Below the pieces are notes generated by a model. The model did no database searches. It saw nothing but the letters and a program-made list of their open reading frames with translations, and had not been told where the DNA came from. A program made the translations under genes and the position numbers. A stretch of 49,067 bases of DNA, filler included, from Streblomastix strix (lineage: Eukaryota): the NCBI GenBank assembly GCA_008636045.1. It is 2 parts of 2 records of this genome, joined end to end, with 100 filler letters (N's around TTAATTAATTAA, not from the genome) between each part and the next. Parts side by side here need not be neighbours in the genome. Positions count along the whole stretch, not along the records: positions 24,586 to 49,067 come from SNRW01000232.1; 1 more part is not named here. The stretch is one strand, 5' to 3'. Shown one piece after another: positions 37,601 to 49,067 of this stretch (positions within the stretch are counted from its first letter, which is position 1; each line of letters opens with the position of its first letter).

Positions 37601-40600
37601 GGCTTTGGAGGATGATATTGTGCTACTTCAGTACGTGATGATGTAACTTGCTATTAATGTATTAGTTATGGTTATTACTATTACTATTGAAGATGTTGCT
37701 TTTATTGTTGTACCTGTGTTGTTTTCTAAACATCTGTTGATGATTTAGTGAGTGGAGATGATTTAATTGAATGTAGAGTTTATGTTATTTGAAGTGCATC
37801 TACATCAACCTTAGATTGAGACGAGTCTTTCTGTATTTGTTTGATAACTTCAGGAGGTAGTTGTATAACAGAAGCACCACCTGATGCAGAAGCAAGCGGA
37901 GATAATTAAACTTTGGAAGATGAAGATAATTATTATTTCTATGAAGGTGAGTTTCCTTGAGTCTATTTTATTGTGTTGTGTGTGGATGAAGTATTTGTAT
38001 TACTTGTATTACTTGTATTAATAGATGGAACTGAAGGAGGGTGTAATGGAGGACCTGTAGAAGGAAGTGGAGGAGGAAGATTCGTTGATGAAGCTGAATG
38101 ATCATCTTTTTTATTTTATTGTTTCATAGAAGTATTTGGTAATATATTTGGAGGTATTGGTTTAATTTAAGCTGAAGGTTAAATTGGTTTCTTTTAAGAG
38201 TTTTATGATTATTATTCTTTTAAATTAGTATCTTACTCTTATTTTTGATATTGCTTTTATAGATGTTGAGGTTACAGTTATTATTTTGTTATTTATTATT
38301 GAGATGTTTATGGATTTGACTTTATTTACTATTATGCAGGTTATTATTAAGATATTTATGATTATTATTGAGGTTGTACCTGAGTAGATGAAATTTATTA
38401 CTAATTTAAGTGTGTGGTTTTAAGATCTTATTATTATTAAGATTATATTTAAGACTAATTTTTATTTAATTAAGGATTTGTGGATTAAGCAGTTTATATA
38501 TTTTATTGGGGTGTTATTGAAATAATTTTAAATTTTGGCCCATCATAACTTTATTACAATTTTATCTATTATTAAGAAGATTATCCAATAGTTCCAGATT
38601 ATGATGCTAAAACATTTTTGGGTTTAATTTCTGATGATCCTTTTTTTGTCTCTTTTTATTATAAAACTTGATTTTATGTTGACAGAATATTTTTGCTTTC
38701 AATGTTTAATGCAGATTTATCCCCAGTTTTCTTAGAATCTGAAGAAGTTTAAGGTTAAATCGCTTTAGGTCCCTAAACAGAGGGTATTGGTACACTACTA
38801 GAAGATATAAGTCTTGTTTATGAAGTGATTATAGAACTATTATTTGATTACTGAGAAGGAGATGGAGAAGGCGTTAAAATATTTGGAGATTTGGTATTTA
38901 ATATTTATTAAGAAGAAGAAGTGAGAGGTCTGGGTTAAATAGACTGTTATGATTCACTCAGAAGTGATTGAGTTTATGTCTATGTTTGTGTCTGAGTGGA
39001 ATATTACGTAATTGTTTGACTGGTTGTTGAAGCAGACGTAGAAAGAGATAGAGATGGAGAAATTCTTCCTTATGTTGAGTTTAGCTATTAATTCTGATTT
39101 GTATTGGGTGAATGATCAATTTAACTTTAATTCTGATTTTGTGGTTATTCGCGTGAAGAAGAATTCGCATTTGCAAAAGGATTCTATTATCTTGATTAGT
39201 GAATATTGCCTTAACTCGAATTTAAGTTATTTCGGGATGGATTTGAAGGAGGTGGTCCACCTTATGAGTATAAAATAGCTTTTTATCCAGATTAACGAAT
39301 TTAATGTTATTAAGGTTGCTGCTAATGAATTTGTTCGATCATCTGTACTTGTTATTAGTTTTGCTTTGAATGAGATTATGTTTATTATTATTAAATTTGT
39401 TATTAGCTCTATTGTTATCCTTTCTCTAATTTTTGTTCATTCTTATTTTTTTCTTTGTGTTTATCTTCAGATGTTTCTTTCTTTCTTTCTTCCCCACTTG
39501 ATCTTTTTTTATTTATCTCTTTATGTGAAGTATTCAATTTATCTTTAGAAGAACCTTATTGTTAATCTTTCTTCTTTTAATCTTTATTATTCTTCTTCTG
39601 TTATTATTTCTACATTTATTCTCTCTATTTTCTCCTGCGTCTTTTATCCCTGCTGTTGCTTTCATCATTTTCATCAGAATCATCCTCATCCTCATCCTCA
39701 TCAGTGGATTCACTTTCATCTTCATCACTGGACTCATCTTCTTCACTTTCAGATTCAGATTCATCTTCTGAACTTTCTTCTTCTTTTCTTACTTTTCTTT
39801 TATTAACCTTTTATTAATCTTTTCCATCTTCTTTGCTCTTTCGATGATCTTTATCTATATTCTTCTTCTCATTTTATTTTTGATTATTTTTCTATTCTTT
39901 TTTCTCTCTAATATTTCTTATTTCTCTTTCTTTATTTTTATCTCCATCTTTTCTTGCTAATTCTTTTTCTTTTTGATTAATTTAATATTTCTTCTCATCA
40001 ACTTTTTATTCTTTTTTCTTGTCCTTCACAATAACTTCTTCCTTCTTCTTTTCTTTTAATTTGCGTATATCTTTCCCTTCTTCCTTTCTTTCTTCATTTT
40101 CATTGGAATATTATCTTTCATGTATTTTGGCTTAATTCTTTGGTTTTTCATCTTATTTCTTGAGTTTCTCTATTTCACTCTATTTTACTTTAGAAATATC
40201 CTTATTTTCTTCTTTCTCTTTTATATCATCTTTTGATTTCCCTTTTTCCTAATCTTTCTGTTTTAATTAATTCTTCTCAATATCTTCTTTATTTTTTTTC
40301 GGATCTTAGCTTTTATTCAACTAATCTACCTTCTTTTTCTATTTCTCAGATTACTGAATACTATTGACTTTATCTATTTCTTATATTTTCTGGTTTTCTT
40401 TTTACTTTTTTTCATTATCTTTATTTGTATTAATAGTTTATTTAGCATCCTTAACCTCCTTCTCTTCTTTATCTTTGCTTTTCAACTGTAATATTTGTTT
40501 ATTTTTTTCTCCTATTTTCTCCTTTACTTTTTATTTATCAACACTTTAATCTACTTTTACTTTTTCAGTTTCATGTTTTTTCATATTTTTTTGTTTTTCC

Positions 40601-43600
40601 TATAAATTTTATTTCTAATCTGATTTTTTATTTCCAATTTCAATGTTTTTATTCTTTCCTTTCTACTTTTTCTAACTTTCTGAAGAATTGTTATCTTCAG
40701 AATCTTAATCATCATCATCATCATCATCCTGACTATCTGATTCTTCATCATCTTTGCTGTCATCCTCATCCTCATCATTTGATTCATCTTAACTTTCTTC
40801 ATTTGAGGATTCTTATGATGATTCTTCCTCATGAACTTATTCTTCATCTTTTTCAACTTCAACTTTTGCAACCTTATCCTATTCATCTTATTATTAATTA
40901 TTCTCCTTTTCTTTCTGTTTGACTATTTCCTAACTTTCCATCTTCTCCGCATCCTCCTTCTTTTTCATATCTTCTGTTTCTTCTTCCTCTTCATCCTCTT
41001 ATTCTTCACTTTCGTCTTCTTCATCAAGTTCTTCACTGTTGTAATCATCAAAATAATCATAATCATCCTCTTTAATCTGTTCCCTTCTTCTCTCTTCTCT
41101 GGATCTGCCATATAACTCTGCTGCTATACGGAATAGAAGTGTACCCCTGGATTTATAGTGATCTTCATAACTGAAGTGGGCAAAATTAGATCCTTCAAGT
41201 TGAAATGTATATGAAGCATAGACAGCTTAGAAATGCGTTAAAGGTTATTTGTTCCTATAGGTACTTGGAAAAATCTTCTTCACTGATTAATGTAATCTTC
41301 TTATCTTTTCTATTGCAACTTCAATCATCCCATACTCACTTAAAATTCTCCTAATTCTTTTCTTTGAAGCACTAAGTGGAGAAGGATGAGACCATATTGT
41401 TCTTGGATCAATAGGAACTCTGCGTCTTATGTCAAATTCATCTTCAAAATCAGATTAGTCTTGTTCATTTTTTAATGAAAGTAAAGTTAAATTATTATCA
41501 TGATTGTTTTATTTGAATCTATCGTATTTTAATTTGGCTGCACGAATACTGGAGTATCTTCGGATTATGTCAGCTCTTTCTTCACAACTTTCACCCCATA
41601 CTCTGCCCCACCAAATGACACCACCTTTTTCTTTAGTTCGTGATTGTGGTGATAAAATATTCTTTTCTCTTATTTCTCTTTCTTTTTTGAGTTCTTTTGT
41701 TCTTTCCTCTTATTCTACTGATTCATACTTTCTCTAAAGAGCCTATCTGTATGATGTTATTGCACGAGTTGATAGAATAGCAAATTATGTTACAGCTATA
41801 CCATCACCCATTCTTTTCATAAATAATCCAATATTTCTTTCTGAAGCTGTAACATCTCTCGCTTTAGTAATAATTGCCTGTAAATGAGCTAATCCCTCTT
41901 AAAACAAAGCTTATTGTTGTGGTGTATGTCCAACAACTCTAATTCCTCCTTTTGATCCTCGTGTTGATCCAGGTTCATAATTTGTTCTTATGACAACAAT
42001 GTTTGAAGGTAATTTTGATCTACCCTTTTCTTTTGCTTATTATTCTTCTTCTTAATCACTCAAATCACTGTCATTGTATAATATACTTCCAGCATCATCA
42101 TCATGATCATCATCATTAATATCAGATTCATCTTCTTCATCATCATCTTCTTCTTCCTCCTCCTCCTCATCATCTCCACTTGCATCTCTTCCACCTCCTC
42201 CACTTCTTCCTCCACTTGAATCATCTTCTATTTATGAATCAATATTCTTCTTTTAATTCAGTTGCTTATCTTTATTTAATTTGCTATCTTATACAAGTTA
42301 GTTTTAATTTAAGGGTTTTTAGTTATGTTGGGTATGTACAGGCGATTTAGCTCTTTAAAATGGAGAAGATGTTTTATTTATTTATTTATTTGGATCTGGT
42401 GTCCGTGAAGAATTAATGGCAGAAGGAGTTGGTGGCTTTGGAGTTTATCCTCCTCTTGCACTAATCGCTGCTCCAATTTCAGATGATGGGATTAAAGATG
42501 ATTATTTATTCACAATTTAATCATATGGGAAGGCAATCTATGTTCTTATCCTGTTCTTGTATAGAAATATTCTTGTGTTTGGTTTGTCCATTAAGAAACT
42601 ATTTTAATAATACCTCCATTCCATTACAATCTTTAAAAGTGCATTCAAACACATGTCCCTAATGAATCCATAATCTCTGTTGTTGAAGAAGAATCCTCTA
42701 TATTCATGAAGTTGTCTAATAGCATTAACAATTGATGAAGCTGATGACACTGATGATCCTGGATGTATAAAACGGCTCAATTCATATAAGCGACTCGGTT
42801 AACGAGAAATAAAGCTTCAGATGTTAATGTTGAGATTATTATTCTTCTTTGAATCTCCAATTGTACTTTATATTTATGTATTTTGATCAATTACTTTCTC
42901 TTCAGTAACACTACTTTAATAATTTGTCTGTAGAAATGTACATGCAGCGCTTATTAGACTGTGGCGAGCTCTAACATCATTACCTTCAAATCCTGTGCTC
43001 AAATTGATAGACCCTCTCCTGAATGATGAACGTATTATACTCAGCATTATATCTAAATCAACCTTGCATACTGATTATAAGGTATAATATACGAAATTTT
43101 AGGGGAAAAAATAAAATTTGTAAAAAAAATTAATTAAATAGTAATATTTAAGAAAACCTTCTGTGAGATCTTTAGTGATGAAATTGCATAGTTTAATAAG
43201 TGAATTTCTATCTCTAAGTTCAGTTGAATGTGTTAATAAAGTGGTTGGTTATGCAACGTTTATTATAGGAAAGAGCACAGGATGTGCCATATTAAATCCA
43301 GATGCATTTCCAAAAGCTCCTGAAGCTTCATGAAGGATTTAAACTGTTATATTTGGAGGGAAGGATAAAAGAATAAGTCCATTTGGAATTGGTGAAGGAG
43401 AAGCAGCAACTAAAGCTGCTTTTGCAGAGGCTACTGACAGAAGAGCAGCCGACCTCGCTTAATCTGCAGCAGAATCGGCTTATTTCTGCAAAATTATTGC
43501 TTATTCGGAAGCTGCAGTTGCTTCAATGGCTGTAAGTGTCTTTTCTGTCAAAGAATTTCTGTTTCTTTTCTTATTTTTGTTGGATTATTGCGTTAATAAT

Positions 43601-46600
43601 TATTAAGATACATCTGCTGCTTATTTGGCGTCTTCAGTGGCTTTTTCTGCTTTTTAAATCAGCGATTTTGCAGTTTCAGTAATTTTCTTGGCTTCATCTG
43701 CGAAAATCTATGCAGTTTCATTAAGAACATACTCATTACTCATTATTTCATTTTGATCATAAATTTTTCCCTCCTTCAATCTATCAGCTATTTCTAATTT
43801 TTCAGCTCTTTTATCAGCTTCAGCCAAAAGAATGCACTCCATTTCTAGTTGATGTTTAGATGACAGAACCAAAGATACACGTTCCAATACAACCAGAGTA
43901 TGAATAGCAACAGTCCTTGACGGATCAGAAATAAATGAGTTCTTTAATAGTCTCAGAATACGCATTGCAACAGAAGCACCACAATCCCCACCTCCAACTG
44001 ATCCTCCTCCGCTGTACTTAGATAGTGAAGACACAAATTAAAGGGGATTCAGTGCATAAGGTTATACAAGTACTGAATGGAATATTGGCATTGAATATAA
44101 CTGAGGTGAGAACTTAGAACAGAAGATTGGAGAGAGTGAAACAATCTAAAGTGGTAATTGATTCTTTGGATGAACTTATTATTATGTTACTTATTATTAT
44201 TATTATTATTACTATTGAAGTATTGAGCTTACAGGAAATGTTAATAAATTTTGTATATCTGATAAAACTCTACCATCTTTAATATCTGCTTATTCATTTA
44301 TTGCCCCATTTTCTTATTAATTTTAAGAATCTTAATTAAACTATGGAGTTTAAGTAATGTTTCCAGATTCACTTCCTTCTTTTTTCTATTTGTCTTAATC
44401 CTATGAAGATTTAGAAGATGGAGAATATATTGGTGTTGGAATATGGCCAAGTGGGACAGGTGATATAAGTTAATTTGAAGTAATCTTTGTATTGGCATCT
44501 CCAGCAGATGAACTTTAAGGAGCCAAAAGAGATGGTATTGCTACATTATTAATAGATGATGATCCAATAACAGAAAGAGAAGAAGATTGTTGAGATGAGG
44601 AGGATATCTAAGCTGTAGAAGGTGCAGTTGTATTTGATGGTGATATGGGTAATTTGAGTGATGATCTTGAATGAGGTCGAGATGATGGACTTGTTTTGGG
44701 TATTGAAGGAGATGGATCTTGTGATGGTGCTGTTTAACTTGACGATTTCTTCTCAGAATCAATAATATCAGTGTTTGGTTTAGTTTATTAATTGGAGGAT
44801 TACTTAGTAATTTCTTACAATAAACTTGGAGATCTCGAATTATTAATATTATAGTGTGTGATATATTATGGAGTGATTATTGTGGATTGTGTTTGTTATA
44901 TTAAAAGTATATTTTCTCTTCCTGAGGAATAACTAAATGCAAATGGAAATGAAATATAAGGAAGTTTTGGATTATATTAATGTTAGTTGTTATAAAATGA
45001 CTGATTTGTATTGGGAGTTTATGGTATAATTTATTAAGATTATGAATTAGAAGCTCCAGACAAAGTAAATGGAGCAATGCACAATGGATGAATATGAGGA
45101 GCTGTTAAAGGAGGTGGAGCAACAGATGTTAATGATGGAGTAAATGAAAGTGATGTAATAATTGGTCTTTACTCTTCTAATAACTATTAATGTGTATTGG
45201 ATGTTACTGATTATGATGATGTGATGTTCTATTACTATGTTTATCCAATATATCCATGTTGAGTAGTTATGGGAGATTATTCCTAATTAGGTTTAGGAGA
45301 TGGAGATAATGGAAATGGAGAGGAAGATTAAATATTACTTATTTAAGGTTGTGGGTATGATATTGATGAGTTTTCTTAATTATATCGACTAAATGGAGAA
45401 TTGTTTATATTGAATCCCATACTATTAATATTCTTCCCTTATGGAGATGACAAAATTCCAGAATCAGAAATGTTTCCTTCACTTTGAACTGTTGATTATC
45501 TTCTTGTTTGTTCAACTGTTGGATGAGAAGCAATAGGAGCATATATCAATGCATTTGTGTGATGACTGATTGTATAACTATCATCAGACTGCCGATATAT
45601 GCCACTTATTTGGTTAAATGTGGGTGAATTAGGAGATTAAATTGTGTTATGTCTCTCAAGTTCTGCTGAAAGACTAATGGATTATTCTGTTAACTTGATT
45701 GATGCAGAAGTAAGTGGTGTAAAAAGAACAGGAGTAGCTGGAATTTAATATCCAACACTAGCTCTTTCACTAACTAATTATGCTGCTTGAGATGAATTAG
45801 AAAACGAAGGAATAATTAATGGATTATGGCCCCAGAATGAATGTGGATAAGAATGGCGCTATTTAAAATTTATATCAGAATTTTCTTCAATATTTGGAGT
45901 TGGAAGTAAATTGTTCTATTATAAGACAGTATCTGTTTAATTTACTCGTTATGCAGCAGCAAAAGCTTCATCAAAAAATGAAGGATTCTATGATATTATA
46001 TGATCACTAAGTGATAAATCTTAACTCAAAGCCTCTATTTGTATATGAGCAATAATTTATCTGATTTATAACATCCTTCTTCTAAGATGCCTTCTTTGAT
46101 TGATGCGTTCCTTATTGATTTCTTCTTTTGCTTTCTCATTGAAGTCCCTGCGAAGATTGTTCTCAGCTTGGCGAAGTGGGATAAGTTATGCTTCTTATTG
46201 AGAATTTATATTTTCTGTTGTTATTGGATCTGGATTATTTAATCTTTGAGGTGTTTATTATGTTTGATCTTGTTTTGCTTAATCTTATTTTGCTTAAACA
46301 TTATGTTGTCTTTCTTTATATTCCAAACGAAGTTACTTCAATTTCAATTCCTTATCTGCAGATAGAGAAGCTTCATGAGCTTATCTTTACGCAAGAACTT
46401 CAGCTCTAATATTTTCAATCTCACTTTCCATTTTCTTTAAAGCGCCAGCACAAGCATCTAATCTTCTTGGATCTCCAACAAGATATATTCTCTCAATGCT
46501 TCTTGCAAATATATGCAATATCTCTATACCCTCTCTATTCATAGCTTGTGCTTATATCTTTGAGATCTGAGCTTATTATTAATTATATTGAGATTGTTAA

Positions 46601-47764
46601 TGTTGAAATCTCCTTCCAACTCTTCCATTATTCATTCCTCTACTCTATAACAGTACAGAATTACTAACTCCATCAACAAAAATAAGGCGAACTGCCATTT
46701 GTAATGCAAAGTCTTCCACAAGCGAACTTGCTACATATGGATCATACTACGATTAAAATATTGAATAATGATAAATAATAAATAAAATTAACAATTAATT
46801 CTAATAAAAATACCGGGAAATTGTGCAATGAAGTTTCCATGAGGTTAATGTATGATTTCATCTATTTAACCTTTGAACCAAGCATTGTCTCAATATCAAC
46901 GCATCTACAGAAGAGTTTAAGTAAATCAGCGGGTACTGCTTTTACAGACTAAAGACTATCAGCTCTAAGAAACATTGATGCTGTTCTCACTGGCTTCAAA
47001 TAACTTACCCAACGTCTCAATGAAATGGCATTGTCTCTTCCATCATCAGGTCTTAGTACTCTCTCTTCTAAATACCTGTTGAGGAATTCAAATGCTTTGA
47101 ACTTTATTAGCTTCCCCAAAAGTGATAAATGTATATCCATCCCTAAGAGTTAAGTTTTATCAAGTTTAAGATGATCTACAAGTTGAGATGGAATTTTCTA
47201 TACTGGTTTCCTCTCATCATTTGTTAAAACAAACTTCTGTAAGTCTTTTGGGAAAAAAACAGCAATTTCTTCAAAAAATGTAATATTTCTCTCCGTTGTC
47301 ATTTCCTGAAGTAAATATACTAATGAACGTTTCAGAAATAGTTGTGCTGTTTCAGCAACGTTTGGTTGCATATCCCTAAACAAATTGAAAAGAATTAAAT
47401 AATTTCAATATTCCTCTAATGTAAGAAAAAAAGTTTACCTCTTTCTTTTTATATTCTAAACAATTATGCGGATTATTGCATATACATTATTGGCGTGTAT
47501 ACGAGCCAGAAATTCACGGTCTGCCAGCAAATACACGTCGCGATTACTCATCCCACAAGCAACCTAAAGCATGCGAATAAGGATATCCATCCTTTACTAA
47601 GCTTCAGCGCATTGAAACATATCATTCTCTAAGCTTTTAATTTAAATGCGTTTTTCCTTTGTATTTTTTGCAAATGATCTTCCTTCTTTATGTATGGATG
47701 TTTGATTCTCTTGGTGTGGTTCAATATTAGAATGGTGCAAACTTATGTTATTAAACGATGACAT
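31072..47764 (-). CDS. Giant (~5,490 codons) low-complexity-rich protein of unknown function; possible degenerate ubiquitin-specific-protease fold
   Basis: Exons 47764-47439, 47375-46814, 46746-43158 and 43070-31072 total 16,476 nt, divisible by 3. GT-AG introns of 63, 67 and 87 nt. My manual scan found one internal TGA (42817-42819). Long S/P/Q-rich and D/E/K-rich tracts. Confidence 0.8.
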
Positions 47765-48715
47765 CTAGAATGAATAAATATTATAAAGTTAATTTAAAGT
47801 TATTTAAAAAGAGTAAGACTATATAAATAGTTATGTAACAATATTAATTATCATTTAAAAGCTTAATTAAACACAAAAAATATATATTATGAGATAATAT
47901 TGCATGAATCGTGTAAATAGTAAAAATTTTATGAAAAATCTGAAAATGTGTGTTTTCATATTGAATGAGAACATGTGATTTTTGAAAATATCATTGTGCA
48001 ATTAAAATAAAAGATAATAACCAAATTAATGTTATAATAGCTGAATTTTCAAAATAAAGGGGAAGATAAGTGAAAAATAGGAGAATTCATCACAGTTATT
48101 ATCGATGATTAGGAATTATACTTTAAAAGAAATAAATTAATCACAAAAGAATAAATTAAAATTCTAAATAATTTTAAATACCTCAAGATTAATAGGAAAA
48201 AATCAACCAAAATTCGATCTTCTTGAAAAAGTGAAATTTTATATTCATTGATCAATTATTTTAATTTATATTTGAATTATTTATATATATTAATTATTAT
48301 TACAGTTATCAAACTCCAATGATTGAGAAATAAAATTAAAGTCTTGCACAACCATTCAAGCTGGTTTAGATAGTCCTGACCCCTTTTTCTAAAGATAATT
48401 ATATAGTAACACATCATATTAATCTCATATATATTTATTATCAAGTATATTTAAAGAGCATAATCTTGATTTAACCAGAGCAGTTATATTTGAATTAAAG
48501 TGTTTTTTCTAATCATTTATAAGAAAATTAAACATTTATTAATATTTATAAACAAATTTTCTATTAATGTTCATAATAAATATTGTTAAACGTTGAAATA
48601 ATGAGAAATGAATTTTTTTCTATATTTTCTACTGTTCTATTTATATTTTTTAATTTTTATTATATAATTCTGATAAATAATATTTTTATCATTATATTAT
48701 TATTAATTAGAAATA

Positions 48716-49067
48716 ATGCAGACTATAGATTCAATTTAGAATCCATTTTTATTTGTTTTGGATAAATTTGATCCCCCAAGCCAAACAAATGATCTTGAAC
48801 CAAAAGAAATTGGTAGAATGCAATAATCTGAACTTTAGTACCGCCAGTTAATCGGACTTGATTAAGAAATAGTTTTTGATGATGAATCAGAGAAAGTTGT
48901 GTAAAAGGAATTCGACCAAAAATAAATTCGTTAAAAAAAATAAGCTTCTGAAATAATTCCTAATAATGATGAATGCCCAAAAGGAATTGTAGAAGTTACA
49001 GTGTTTGGAGTTAAGAATGTAGCGGCGATGGATTCTAATGGAAAATCTGATCCATTTATTAAAGTGA
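48716..49067 (+). CDS. C2-domain-containing protein, 5' part (runs off the window)
   Basis: The open frame from ATG 48716 ends in KGIVEVTVFGVKNVAAMDSNGKSDPFIKV, the start of a C2 domain with the D..G.SDP Ca-binding loop. Confidence 0.8.

Noticed and set aside
39366..41115. Very hydrophobic Phe/Leu/Ile-rich plus-strand ORFs resembling membrane proteins
   Set aside because: They are antisense shadows of the Lys/Glu/Asp-rich tract of the giant minus-strand gene.

Overview
AT-rich eukaryotic (protist) nuclear DNA that uses a non-standard genetic code: TAA/TAG read as Gln and TGA is the only stop (translation table 6). The supplied ORF track is therefore fragmentary, and I re-translated the window by hand. 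The code, the GT-AG introns of 59-175 nt and the gene content suggest an oxymonad such as Streblomastix, but this is an inference. A synthetic 100-nt spacer (N44-TTAATTAATTAA-N44, 24486-24585) joins two pieces that may not be adjacent in the genome. The left piece (1-24485) is mostly mobile elements and pseudogenes. It holds three DIRS1-type tyrosine-recombinase retrotransposon fragments (two with recognisable termini) and a decayed endogenous virus-like block (~4100-8902) with an A32/FtsK-type packaging ATPase, a small membrane protein and two phage-tail-fibre-like genes. It also holds a pogo/DDE_1 fragment, a mariner (DD34D) element with ~330-bp TIRs inserted into a surface-protein gene, and pseudogenes of PP2A-B56 and a UFD2-like U-box protein. 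The right piece (24586-49067) has largely intact host genes: a 5'-truncated ARM-repeat protein gene, a giant ~5,490-codon gene (12-kb last exon, one in-frame TGA, possible degenerate USP fold), and the start of a C2-domain gene. All assignments come from motif recognition by eye; no searches were run.
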